From: an uncultured virus (IMG/VR IMGVR_UViG_3300021387_000062)
Lineage: Duplodnaviria > Heunggongvirae > Uroviricota > Caudoviricetes
DNA length: 58,302 nt
Strand: one strand, 5' to 3'
Virus record (IMG/VR): IMGVR_UViG_3300021387_000062
How positions within the stretch are numbered: the first letter of the stretch is position 1; each line of letters begins with the position of its first letter. The notes beneath the pieces are model-generated. The model was not told the origin of the DNA. It did not search any database and saw only the letters and a list, made by a program, of their open reading frames with translations. Shown here in pieces: positions 40,065 to 50,582 of this stretch. The translations under genes and the position numbers were made by a program.

Positions 40065-40066
40065 TA

Positions 40067-40396
40067 ATGGAACAATTTAATTTTTGGATTCAAGCAATTA
40101 TTTCTATTCTGAGCGGTGTAGCCATTTTAGTGCCATTAATTGTTAAGTTAGTGCAATATGTCCAAGCTAACGCAAAAGAAAAGAACTGGAGTTCATTAAT
40201 GGTTCTTGTTATGAATCTTATGGCCCAAGCAGAACAAATGTTCGATAAGGGCGCTGATAAGAAAGAATGGGTTATCAATGAACTCAAAGCTGTTGCTAGC
40301 ACTTTAAATTATGAAATTGATTGGAATGTTGTTAGTGAAATGATCGACAAGATCTGCGACGTTTCTAAAGAAATTAATGTGGAAGTGGCACAGTGA
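40067..40396 (+). CDS. phage holin (LL-H-like)
   Basis: N-terminal TM, AEQ...GADKKEWV; directly before endolysin. Confidence 0.7.
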   Translation: MEQFNFWIQAIISILSGVAILVPLIVKLVQYVQANAKEKNWSSLMVLVMNLMAQAEQMFDKGADKKEWVINELKAVASTLNYEIDWNVVSEMIDKICDVSKEINVEVAQ

Positions 40397-41388
40397 CTAT
40401 TATTGAAGCAAGAGAAAAATTACTATCAGTAGCACGTCAAGAAATAGGATATCATGAAGGTGCCAACAACTATATAAAATATGCTGTTGGCACTTGGGAT
40501 AATATATTCTATGGATGGGATCTCCAAAATCAACCTTGGTGCGATGTCTTTGTTGATTGGTGTTTCTGTACCGCTTTTGGAATACAAAAAGGCGCAGAAA
40601 TGACTTATTAGACACTTGGTAGTGGCTCTGCTTTATGTAGTACAAGTGCTTCATTCTATAAAGCGCACAATGCCTTCTTTAATTATCCAGAAGTTGGAGA
40701 TTAGGTTTTCTTCTATGTAAGCGGTGGTATTAACCATACTGGTATAGTTGAAAAAGTATCTGGTTCTGGAAGTAATTGGACTAGTATTACAACTATTGAA
40801 GGCAATTCAAGTGATTCAGTTGCACGCCGCACTTATAGCAAAGGAAATAAAACCGTTGCTGGGTTCGGCCGTCCAAAATGGAGCGTAGTAAGCAATACAA
40901 GTAAAGATGAAACTCCAATAGAGCCGGTCACACCATCTCAACCATCTACAACTATTTTAAGAAAAGGTTCTAAAGGAATTGAAGTTCGTCAGCTTCAAGA
41001 AAAACTTATATAGTTAGGTTATGATTGCGGCCCAGATGGCGCAGATGGAGATTTTGGAAATAATACTTATGAAGCAGTAAAAAAATTCCAAACTGACTAT
41101 AAAGTATATCCAATTGATGGCGAAGTTGGTTAGCTTACCACGGCCGCCCTAAACAAAGCTATCTCAAAAACAGAAGCAATAAAGAAAAATGATATTGTTA
41201 TGTTTAAAGGAGATGTTTGTTACAATACTGCAATAGCAACTACTGGAGTTCCCGCTAAGCCTGGTAAGGCTCGTGTTACTTTAATTAGTAATAATGCAAA
41301 TACAAAGCATCCATACCACATTATTCATATAGATAATACTTCAAATGTATACGGATGGGTTGATAAAGATACGATTGAGAAAGAGTAA
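40393..41388 (+). CDS. endolysin: CHAP + peptidoglycan-binding domain (four in-frame TAG)
   Basis: PWCDVFV, GD*VFF, HTGIV, TIEGNS; LQEKLI*LGY, ADGDFG. Confidence 0.92.
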
Positions 41389-41391
41389 GTG

Positions 41392-42450
41392 TTAAAACCA
41401 CTTACTCTTTTGTTTTACTGGCCTTTTCTTTTTATGTGATTCTTTCATCCAAAGAAGAATATCTTTTGCTCGTGTAGCTCCAACATAATTTACACGACAA
41501 GTTTCATCGCCACCCCAATTCTTTGGTTTCCATGCGGCGACATTAGGAAATTCAAGTCCTTTTGCACTCCAATATGTCAGTACTTTTACACAATTGGAAT
41601 TCATCATTTCTTCAAGTTGATCTTTTGTTACTTCGCCTTGCCTAAAAGAAACAGATGGAATATCAAATGCTTCTAGTTTTTCTCTAATTTCTGCAATTAT
41701 ATCATTTGTTGTACAAAGAACTGCCCAATCTTTAAACTCACCTTGCCGCTGAATCCAGTTCTTCAAATTTTCAATTGTTGCTTCTCCTTCCCAAACAGTA
41801 CCACCCGGCCGCATAGCAATAGATTTATCAAAAGCATAAGACTCAGACAAAATCTTTTTAGCAAAATTAAGTATATTATTACCATTTCGATAATTTTCAT
41901 TCAAATTATAAACAGTTACATCTGGTCGCTCCATAAGTTGATTAAATAACTCTGGATCGCATCCTTTAAAACTATAAATACTTTGATTATAGTCACCAGC
42001 GACAAAAAAAGTAACTGGATTTATCATATCAAAAATAAACTCATATTCTTCTGGTGAAGTATCTTGTGCTTCGTCTAATAGAATATGTCTTATATGCTTA
42101 ATACACTGTGGATTCTTTTTTACTGCGGCAAATAGTAAATCAAATTTATCATTATCCAGATATGCTTTTGTTTCAATTCCATGAGACAGAAGCATATAAT
42201 TTGCAAGAGAATGAATTGTACCAATATAAATGCCATCTTTATAATCTCCCGCAAGTCTTTCCTTAAGTTCTTGCGCGGCAAGATTAGTAAAAGTAATAAC
42301 AGCTATATCTCTTGGGTCTGTTCCATCTCGTAACATTTTACGAACACGTTCTGTCAATACTCTTGTCTTGCCAGCCGCAGCGCTTGCAACGACTACAATA
42401 TATGGCTCAGTTGCATTTACTATTTCTTTTTGCAATTTACTAAGTTCCAT
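41392..42450 (-). CDS. UvrD/Rep-like SF1 helicase
   Basis: AAAGKT, TFTNLAA, DEAQD, GDYNQSIY, AKGLEF, YVGATRAK. Confidence 0.92.
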   Translation of the reverse strand: MELSKLQKEIVNATEPYIVVVASAAAGKTRVLTERVRKMLRDGTDPRDIAVITFTNLAAQELKERLAGDYKDGIYIGTIHSLANYMLLSHGIETKAYLDNDKFDLLFAAVKKNPQCIKHIRHILLDEAQDTSPEEYEFIFDMINPVTFFVAGDYNQSIYSFKGCDPELFNQLMERPDVTVYNLNENYRNGNNILNFAKKILSESYAFDKSIAMRPGGTVWEGEATIENLKNWIQRQGEFKDWAVLCTTNDIIAEIREKLEAFDIPSVSFRQGEVTKDQLEEMMNSNCVKVLTYWSAKGLEFPNVAAWKPKNWGGDETCRVNYVGATRAKDILLWMKESHKKKRPVKQKSKWF

Positions 42451-42695
42451 TTTTAACCTTCCTTATAATTCCTTTCAATCTTTCCTTAATATTCTAAATC
42501 TATCCTTTAATTGGTTCTTTTAATAACATATCATCATAAAAACGAAAATATATATTATCTCCAGATTGATAAATATAAAATGGATAATCTATCATAAATT
42601 TATGCGGCTAAATAAAAACTAACGCATTATCCGGATATTTATCTAATTGTTCTATTACTTTCTTTACATTTAACCATCGTGGATGTTCATACATA

Positions 42696-43688
42696 TTATT
42701 TACTTCCTTCTTTCATATTTAACTATTGCTTTGTTCCGTAAAGATCAATATAAAATGCTTCACGTGAGGATAAATTATCTTTGTCCACTTCTTCGAGGAT
42801 TTCGAAGGTGTAATTCCAAAGACCATCTTGACCCAAGCGATTATGTAAAGTTGCCCGCGCCGCCCCTTCAAGCCCAATAGCGGTTTTACAATGGTTCTAC
42901 CAGCGAGTGGCAAAGTCAGTTGTTTTTCCAATGTATGCTTCTCCTGTTTCTTTATAAGTAATTTTATAAATACCACCAACTTTCCGGCCACCCGTTACTC
43001 GTTTAATCATTTCTTGACATGGCCGCCGTATATATAATTCCCAAATTAGTTTGGGTATAACATCTCTATTATGTAATTTTAAGTCCATTGACTATAAAAC
43101 TTTTATATCTTCTTGGTCGTTTTCTGAGACTTGAATAGAATAGAAATCTTCTTTTTCTTTTAGTTCTTTCTCACGAAGAATTGCTTCATTTACAGAATCT
43201 TGGCGAGCTTTAAAGTCATCTAACTAAGACTATAACTACGCTATTTTTGCCGATAATTCTTCTTTCTTTTTATTATAAGCTATTTCTTCTAACTCTTTTA
43301 CTCTGGCAAAATGAGCGTCTAAATATCGCTACCGTTTTTCTCTTTCCTATTCAAATTCAATTTCACTAAGTTCTTTTTTACGTTCAAGCTCTGCGGCCAG
43401 TCGCCCTTGCTCAGACGCAAGCACCTTATCTGTCGCAGCCTACGCTTCAGCTGCCCTCTCAATAAAGACCTTTCGTTTTTCTTCAAGCTGCTCTAAATTT
43501 TCTCCTAAAGATTTTCTAGAATTACAGTACAATTCATAAGTCTATTTTTCTTTTAAAGTTAATTCTTCTATATATTTCTTATGCTTTTCTGCTGCTTCTT
43601 CAACTGTTAATTTTTCTTTTTTAATACCAACTATAAATAAAATTAAACCAATAATAAATATTCCAATACTTACATATAAATACCACAT
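42696..43688 (-). CDS. membrane-anchored coiled-coil protein with C-terminal GIY-YIG domain (TAG = Gln)
   Basis: N-terminal TM; GGIYKIT...YIGKT...RW*NH. Confidence 0.75.
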
Positions 43689-43757
43689 ACTCCTTTCACT
43701 CCAAAAAAAAAATATACATAGATTTTTCCATCTATGTATATTATATCATAATTCTAT

Positions 43758-44267
43758 TTAATTGTCAATTTTTAATTCATTTTCATCTTCAACAATTTCC
43801 CACTACATTACTTCATTATATAAACTATCAATCCAAGTATTACCACCCATATCATGATAATCATTATACAATTTCATAAAAGCTTTTTTATCGCAATCTA
43901 AAATCTTCTTAAACGGACGATATTTATAATAAAGACGATTCATATTATACCGCATTAAATCCATCTAAGAAGTATTTAATAAATCAACAGACTTCTAAAT
44001 CTTATCAAAGTTGTGTTGCTAATCAAGAACTAAACCTTTTATTTCTTCCAAAGAGTCAATTATATCTTCTTGATTTGTCTTAACTATTTCTGGTACTTTT
44101 TTACTTACAATTTCTTCTACCCGACGCTATTCCGCAGATTGCGCGCGGCCATGGAAATCATCTACTGGCTTTTTTAAAAAACCATAAATGTTTTTTAATG
44201 CTAATATAAATGCACTTACAAGTATAATAACATTGCAGATCTCCTATAAATTTAAACTACTGAACAT
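43758..44267 (-). CDS. phage membrane protein (LYxxYHxxGGN type; TAG = Gln)
   Basis: N-terminal TM, LYNDYHDMGGN. Confidence 0.7.
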
Positions 44268-44287
44268 TTTTAATCCCTCACATAAAA

Positions 44288-44683
44288 TTAGGGCTTGGCG
44301 CCCTTTAAATATTCTCGATATATTATATCATTATGCCACTTCGATTGTACCAAATGATGTGGCTATAAAATATCTGATAGAGTATTTGTGTTTGGAAAAT
44401 CCCATTCAGGAACCCGATATAGTTTTATTTTATGTGAAAGAGCAAAACTGTTTTTGAGTCTATCATTTTGTTGCGCATGAGTAAAATCAGTTTTACTTTT
44501 ATGAAATTTAGGTATTGGTTTGAAATGAAGCATTGAATCAACTTCAACAAGAATGCCTAAATCTGGTAAATAAAAATCGTATCTTAAAATTCCACCTTTT
44601 AATTCGGGAAAAGTCTTTTCTCTAACATATCTAACTCCAGCAGATATAAAGATCCTTTCAAATTTATCTTCTATCTTACTCAT
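44288..44683 (-). CDS. PD-(D/E)XK (DUF559/Vsr-like) endonuclease
   Basis: LRYDFYL, VEVD..LHF, NDRLKN; one TAG read through. Confidence 0.75.
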
Positions 44684-44719
44684 ATATTAAAGTAAAGTTT
44701 AAGATACGATATTACAGTT

Positions 44720-45835
44720 TTAGAGAGATCTGAGTTGTTCGATACTACATTCACGCCAAGGTTTATCTGGCCGCCAGCCCAACATTTTTCCATGACGAAG
44801 CGCGCCATCTGGTGTTAACTGCATTGCACCAACTTCAATTACACGATGGATATAATCTTTATAATTTGCTTTTACTTCATCAGTTAACCCGCTTAAATAA
44901 CCAATACCAACTTCTTTATCTCCATCCATCACACCAATTTCCAGACTGCCGGCCCAGCCATTATAATATGGTTTTGTAACTGCGGTATAGGTTTTATTTT
45001 CATGAACAACATCAAAGTAATGGCTACCAACTGGAATACGTTCATCTGTATATGTATCAACCCAATATGGCCAATTTTCAATTTCTTTGCCATTATACAA
45101 CTTTGTTGGTGCCATAGTTCGGCCTGTAAAAAAGCAATCAATTGACTCTTTTAGCTCTTTCTTAATCTTGAGGCTTACGCGCGCGGGCGTCCGTTTGAAG
45201 TATACTGGAGCATCTTTACGCATAATTACAATGCCTTCACGACCAGATGCAAGATAATCTTGAAGTTTATTCCAAAGTTCTTCGCCTTCATAATAAGTTG
45301 CCCATTCAACATATTCATTTATAGAATAACTATATTGAATATCACTGAGAAAATTTACTCTCTGCTCAAAAGGATTTTTAGTAAAATCTTCTCCATCCCA
45401 AGCCATCACATCAAAAATATAGAAATGAAGTTTCTGGCCCTTCTCTTGTCGCGCAATACATTTCTCCTTCAAACACCCAAGCAAACTCGTAATCTTTTGA
45501 CTACCTTCATTACCGGGCAGATAACATTCAGACAATAGAACAGTACCATTAGGTAGTTCATTCATAAACTCTTGAAGCTGCGGCACCCATTCAAGCTTAT
45601 TAACTGCTTCACCTTTTACATTTTTACTGCGCGCGACCATAAAGCAGTTACCATCTTCATCTTTAATAAGACGTTCGTAATAACCGTCTACTTTCATAGC
45701 TCCAATATAATCGCCAGAAAAAATCATATTATGAGCTTCTTGCCGACGCTTTTCCGCTGGAGTTGCTGCGGTAAAACTCCAATATTTCATAGCCTCCGCG
45801 TTAACCCAATCAATTTTTCCTACGTACCCCTTCAT
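44720..45835 (-). CDS. ATP-dependent DNA ligase
   Basis: KVDG, FYIFD, EGIV, LKIK, OB-fold LRH...RPDK. Confidence 0.85.
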   Translation of the reverse strand: MKGYVGKIDWVNAEAMKYWSFTAATPAEKRRQEAHNMIFSGDYIGAMKVDGYYERLIKDEDGNCFMVARSKNVKGEAVNKLEWVPQLQEFMNELPNGTVLLSECYLPGNEGSQKITSLLGCLKEKCIARQEKGQKLHFYIFDVMAWDGEDFTKNPFEQRVNFLSDIQYSYSINEYVEWATYYEGEELWNKLQDYLASGREGIVIMRKDAPVYFKRTPARVSLKIKKELKESIDCFFTGRTMAPTKLYNGKEIENWPYWVDTYTDERIPVGSHYFDVVHENKTYTAVTKPYYNGWAGSLEIGVMDGDKEVGIGYLSGLTDEVKANYKDYIHRVIEVGAMQLTPDGALRHGKMLGWRPDKPWRECSIEQLRSL

Positions 45836-45998
45836 TTAACTTCTCCATTTCTTCTTTAATTCTTTCAAGTTCATCGGCAATATCTCTTAAATACGTTAAA
45901 CTAAAATATGGCCAAAACATAAAACAAACAAAAATTAAAGCAAATAAACCAACTACAATATAATCAAAAGTATTCATTATATATATTATACTCCAAAA

Positions 45999-46541
45999 TT
46001 AACTAAAAAGCGAATTTACAAAACGCTTAGCTTCTTCATATAACTCAGTTAAATCACCATCATTATTAACAGTCCAATCATATTCATAATTAAATACATT
46101 TTCATCTGCATGATTTGAAGTTTCTACTTCTTCATCGCCCGGCCGCCGAATAAGTAAAGTAGTAGCGTTTAACTTATTCTTTAGCTTCTCAATATGTTCT
46201 GGCTCTCTATCATCAACAAACAAAATATGTGGGTGATCTCCAACATTATAATAAGCCAAATCATCTTCCCAACCTTTCAAATAAAGAAGAATATCATTCA
46301 TTGGCATATTATTATACTCAGTAAATATGTCTTTCAAATCACTAAGTAATTTGCGGCCAGCCGCATCTTTAACTCCATCCCAGCCGCCTTCCTTTGCGAT
46401 TTCTTTTATTCTATCAACAGTAGAACGTTTATTACAATATGCATTACCGACAACTCTACCACACATATTTTCAAAAGTTGTCTTACCGACTTCAGGCTTC
46501 CCGTTAACAATTACAACTCTTAATCCACTTCCAAAACTCAT
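45999..46541 (-). CDS. deoxynucleotide monophosphate kinase-like protein
   Basis: GKPEVGKTT, DxREP, YDWTVNND. Confidence 0.7.
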   Translation of the reverse strand: MSFGSGLRVVIVNGKPEVGKTTFENMCGRVVGNAYCNKRSTVDRIKEIAKEGGWDGVKDAAGRKLLSDLKDIFTEYNNMPMNDILLYLKGWEDDLAYYNVGDHPHILFVDDREPEHIEKLKNKLNATTLLIRRPGDEEVETSNHADENVFNYEYDWTVNNDGDLTELYEEAKRFVNSLFS

Positions 46542-46557
46542 TTTTCCTATACTCCTT

Positions 46558-47514
46558 TTACCTTTTTAAAAGACGTAAGGCCCATTTATTAAAAGGTTCA
46601 TCAAAGAAAATAATATTTTCTTCATCTATCTACAATCCACCCTTAATATTTTCAATTACATCTATCCAGTTAGTCCCATCATTTAACCAAAGTTGCATCC
46701 AATCTTCATTTTTAAGAGTAGAAATGTCATTATCCATTTCTTCTATATCACATTTATAAAACTTTGCTTTTACATAGTAATAATATATATTAATAAGTGT
46801 ATTGGTAATCAGAATATTTTGTACAGTATCATTAATTTCAAATAAATATTTTAATGCTTCAACTTGACCATGTATATAACTCGTATGAGTATCAATAAAA
46901 TATTGTTTCTGGTTAAACTTACGAGTTATAGAACTTCGATTATCACGCCAAATATATGTTGGTTCACTCATGATCCCAAGTTTTGTAGTTGAATTCCATG
47001 CAACAGCATTAAAATAAGCATCTTCATCAACTCGCAACCCAGGTAAAAAATTAATATGTTTATCTCTTAAATATTGTACTTTATAAATCTTTCCATGGAG
47101 CCAAGTTATTAAATTATCATCTGCTGACATAAAACGATCTTCAGTATTTTTATTTTCTCGAATAAAACTTGATCGTAATATATCATAATCTCGCGCTTTA
47201 GCATATTCATATAAAATTCCGACAGCGCGTGGCATAAGCATGTCATCAGCATCTAAATACATTAAATGACTTGCTTGAGTTGTATCCAAAACTTTTTGAC
47301 GCGCCGCCCCTGGACCACCATTAGTTTTACTATTAATCACGCGAATTTTAAGACCACGCGCCCTATATGTATTAATTATATCAGTATAATCTTCTCCATC
47401 GCCATCAATAGACAAACAAACAAAAAACTTTTTATAAGTCTATGATACAAGTGAATCTAAAGCATTGGGCAAAGTTTCTTTTGCTTTATATACTGGAATT
47501 CCTACTTCAACTAT
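46558..47514 (-). CDS. family 2 glycosyltransferase (TAG = Gln; start codon uncertain)
   Basis: VGIPVYK, GPGAARQ, YLDADD, ED. Confidence 0.8.
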
Positions 47515-47516
47515 TT

Positions 47517-47897
47517 TTAATCACCCCAATATTCATCATAAATATCTTCAACGATTTTTTCTTCTTTTACAAATTGACGACAAACTTCTTTTGCAAACAG
47601 CTTCGGTTCAATTAAAAAAGCATCAACTTTTCCATTCATCTTCTTTGCATGATTTATTTTCATTACATATTTTACGTAAAGAAAATCAATCCAAGAACAA
47701 TCCAAATAAAAATCTTCATATCCAGCCGCAACACTAAAAGCATTCATAATTCGTAAAAGCCAAAGATGTGTTTTATCTTTTCTACTAAACTCTCTAATTC
47801 CAAGTGGTTGCTTACGCTCTTTAGAATTCCATATAAGCCATCGCGCGGCAGTTGTATTAATCTAATCAAACAAATTTAAATTTATATCTACTGGCAT
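47517..47897 (-). CDS. hypothetical protein (one TAG)
   Basis: RBS AGGAGG; extends track ORF 47517-47747. Confidence 0.6.
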
Positions 47898-48016
47898 AAT
47901 GCGCCTCCTATCTATTTCTATCTTTTATTATATTATACCATATTTCTCAAAAGAAATCAAATTTTTGAATATAGAATAATATATTACCTACTTCATACAG
48001 AAGAGGTGATAAAAAA

Positions 48017-48391
48017 ATGAGTCGTAGAAATAATCGTCAAAAAGTGGAGGAAAAACCAGTGGACTACTTAGATGATTTAGTTAATACATCTATTACACAA
48101 TCAATTAAAGAAGAAAAAACTTCAATTAATGAAGAGCCAATAGTCATCGAAGAAACTGGTCCACGTGGACCAGCTGGAGTAAATGGACTTACAAATGAAA
48201 AATTTGAATATAAAGTAAAAGTAATCCATCCATCTTTACGTATACGGCGCGCGCCCAATACTCAAGCTGAAGTTGTTGGATTAATTACAGATCAAGGCAT
48301 CTATACAATACTTGATGAAGTAAATGGCTGGGGCATGATCGGAGAAAATAAATGGATCATGTTAAGTTATACACAAATTACAACTAAATAA
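48017..48391 (+). CDS. SH3b-domain protein
   Basis: LRIRRAPNT...YTILDEVNGWG...WI. Confidence 0.7.
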   Translation: MSRRNNRQKVEEKPVDYLDDLVNTSITQSIKEEKTSINEEPIVIEETGPRGPAGVNGLTNEKFEYKVKVIHPSLRIRRAPNTQAEVVGLITDQGIYTILDEVNGWGMIGENKWIMLSYTQITTK

Positions 48392-48420
48392 TAAAGCCCA
48401 GGACTTAGTCCTGGGTTAAA

Positions 48421-48732
48421 TTATTTTTCCATATACATTTGCTGCATCATTTTGACTTCTTTCGCATCTTCAATAAACTTTTCATGAAGATAGTCGTAAA
48501 CTGCTAACATCGCGGCTGGTGGTTCACCTTTCTCTTTGCGATAATTCTCAATGAGTTTAACGACTTGATTGTGTAACATTTGCATATGCTTCATTTCTTC
48601 TGAAGAAAGCATATTTAAAACTTCGGCTACTTCAGGATATTCTTCCCTAATAGCCAAGGCTTTCTTTATATACTTATTTCCGTCATGGATTTCTTCATTA
48701 ATGAAATCACTTAAACACTTAATTATTTTCAA
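48421..48732 (-). CDS. small ferritin-like helical protein
   Basis: EEIHD...EEMKH. Confidence 0.6.
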   Translation of the reverse strand: MKIIKCLSDFINEEIHDGNKYIKKALAIREEYPEVAEVLNMLSSEEMKHMQMLHNQVVKLIENYRKEKGEPPAAMLAVYDYLHEKFIEDAKEVKMMQQMYMEK

Positions 48733-48838
48733 TTTTTAAAGCCTCCATAATTTTATTTATCTTTTCATCTTGGCTTAAAAGTTATCTTATAATAAAAAGA
48801 GCGGGTAATTACTTACCCGCTTTGAATCTCTACTTAGA

Positions 48839-49369
48839 TTAACCTTGAGTAGCGATTGTAGCTGCGGCCGGTGGATATGCCACGAAGCGGCCAAGCGCAT
48901 TAAGAATATACTGGCTCTGTGCTGCATTAGACAGATCATTCTGAGCGGTACGATAAGCATTTTCAAGAGCTTCATACTTATCTTGGAGCATCTGAGTCTT
49001 AATAGAGCAGCAGCAAGAATCCATCTGATAACCGAGTTGAGCGATAGCTTGCTGGATAGCATTGAAACCTTGCACAACATTAATTTGATTGGCGTAATTC
49101 TGTTGCTGAAGGGTATTTGTCTGACCATTAATAAGCTGAGCAGTCTCATAATTGTTATTTGCGGAACTGAGCAGGATATCACGCAGACCGGTCTGAGTGG
49201 ACTGGTTATTCACGACACTCTGAACATATTCGGGAGTTGCCCAATTTTCTGGACCATAGCCGCCACGACCAAAGCCAAAGCCACCGAAACCACCGAAGAG
49301 AACAGCAATGATAAGGAAGGCACCGAGCCAATCAGAGCCAAAGAAAGAACTTGTAGAATTACCATTCAT
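48839..49369 (-). CDS. conserved Firmicute-phage hypothetical protein
   Basis: Gly-rich TM N-terminus, QMDSCCC. Confidence 0.7.
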   Translation of the reverse strand: MNGNSTSSFFGSDWLGAFLIIAVLFGGFGGFGFGRGGYGPENWATPEYVQSVVNNQSTQTGLRDILLSSANNNYETAQLINGQTNTLQQQNYANQINVVQGFNAIQQAIAQLGYQMDSCCCSIKTQMLQDKYEALENAYRTAQNDLSNAAQSQYILNALGRFVAYPPAAATIATQG

Positions 49370-49457
49370 TTCAAGTTTCCTCCATATTATATAAAAATTT
49401 CAACATAAACTAGAACTTATACAATCACCCGCCATGATAATTGTATAAGCTCTCAGT

Positions 49458-49793
49458 TTATGGTGATTGTGAAGTTATAGAGGAAGTAATATTATCTATC
49501 TGGTTAATTGCCGATTGCATATCAACACCATTTTGTTGACATACTTGCTGCGCCGCTTGTGAAAGATTTGACAGATCATATTGCTTCAATTGTGGATGCT
49601 GGGCCGCAAGATTTTGCATAAAAGTATGAGGATCTTCACCACGAAGAGCCGCGCCCATGGCTTGCATAAGAATATTTGGCATTTGTGGTTGAGCCGCGGC
49701 GGTAGAAGCTGCTTGGGCCACTTTTGGTGCGGCCATCTGACCGCGCGCCATATTCATAAACATATTACCAAATCCACCGAATAAACTATTCAT
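49458..49793 (-). CDS. Gln-rich hypothetical protein
   Basis: RBS AAGGAGG. Confidence 0.65.
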   Translation of the reverse strand: MNSLFGGFGNMFMNMARGQMAAPKVAQAASTAAAQPQMPNILMQAMGAALRGEDPHTFMQNLAAQHPQLKQYDLSNLSQAAQQVCQQNGVDMQSAINQIDNITSSITSQSP

Positions 49794-49807
49794 AGTTTAC
49801 CTCCTTT

Positions 49808-50278
49808 TTACTCCTTTTTCGCACCAGAACTTAATGTTATTTGTTTCTGTGATTGCGCTGGTTGAGAACTAGCAAACATACGACGGATTTCTTCTTTGAA
49901 GTCATCAAAGTCTTTACGTGTTAAAAATGCTGGTTCTTCTTCTTGAATCTCTTCAATTTCAAAACGACAACGAGTTATATGACGTGATGGAGTTCCATTT
50001 GCATCCTTTGATACCATATAGAAGATATTCTCATCTTTGTCCATGATAATTTCGGAACTGTTAGATGGAAGATTATCTTGGTAGAGTTTTGCTCCCGCTA
50101 TGCCTTCAACGTATTGAACTTGTCGCGAAGGAACCGGGATTGGAACTTGAACCGGTTGCGGCATTGGGACTTGTTGTGGAACAACCATATTTGGAGAAGT
50201 CATATTTTGATATTGTTGTTGTAAATTTTGAATTTGTTGTTGAAGCGAATTTAAATTTCCATTATTAAATCCAGCCAT
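49808..50278 (-). CDS. Gln/Pro-rich hypothetical protein
   Basis: RBS; VEGIAGAK...IFYMVSKDANG. Confidence 0.65.
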   Translation of the reverse strand: MAGFNNGNLNSLQQQIQNLQQQYQNMTSPNMVVPQQVPMPQPVQVPIPVPSRQVQYVEGIAGAKLYQDNLPSNSSEIIMDKDENIFYMVSKDANGTPSRHITRCRFEIEEIQEEEPAFLTRKDFDDFKEEIRRMFASSQPAQSQKQITLSSGAKKE

Positions 50279-50582
50279 TTCGCCTTTATCTCCTTAGAAT
50301 AGTTTTTTTTGCTATTTAATTTCCTTACGATTTGAAGTGGAGAAAGATTAATAGTGATATAAATTTTGAGTGATTTATATTTTATTAGATTTTATTTCTC
50401 TCTTCTCATTTGATATTAAGTAGAATTATTAAAATGAGATTATAAAAATTTGAAGAAATTTGAAAGAAAAATTTTCAAAATATAAATATATACCTTAGAT
50501 ACTAATCTAAGGTATATATTTAAAACATTTAAATAGGCCTTTAAGTGACATTAGGATTGAATTTAAGTCATGACTCAAAGTG

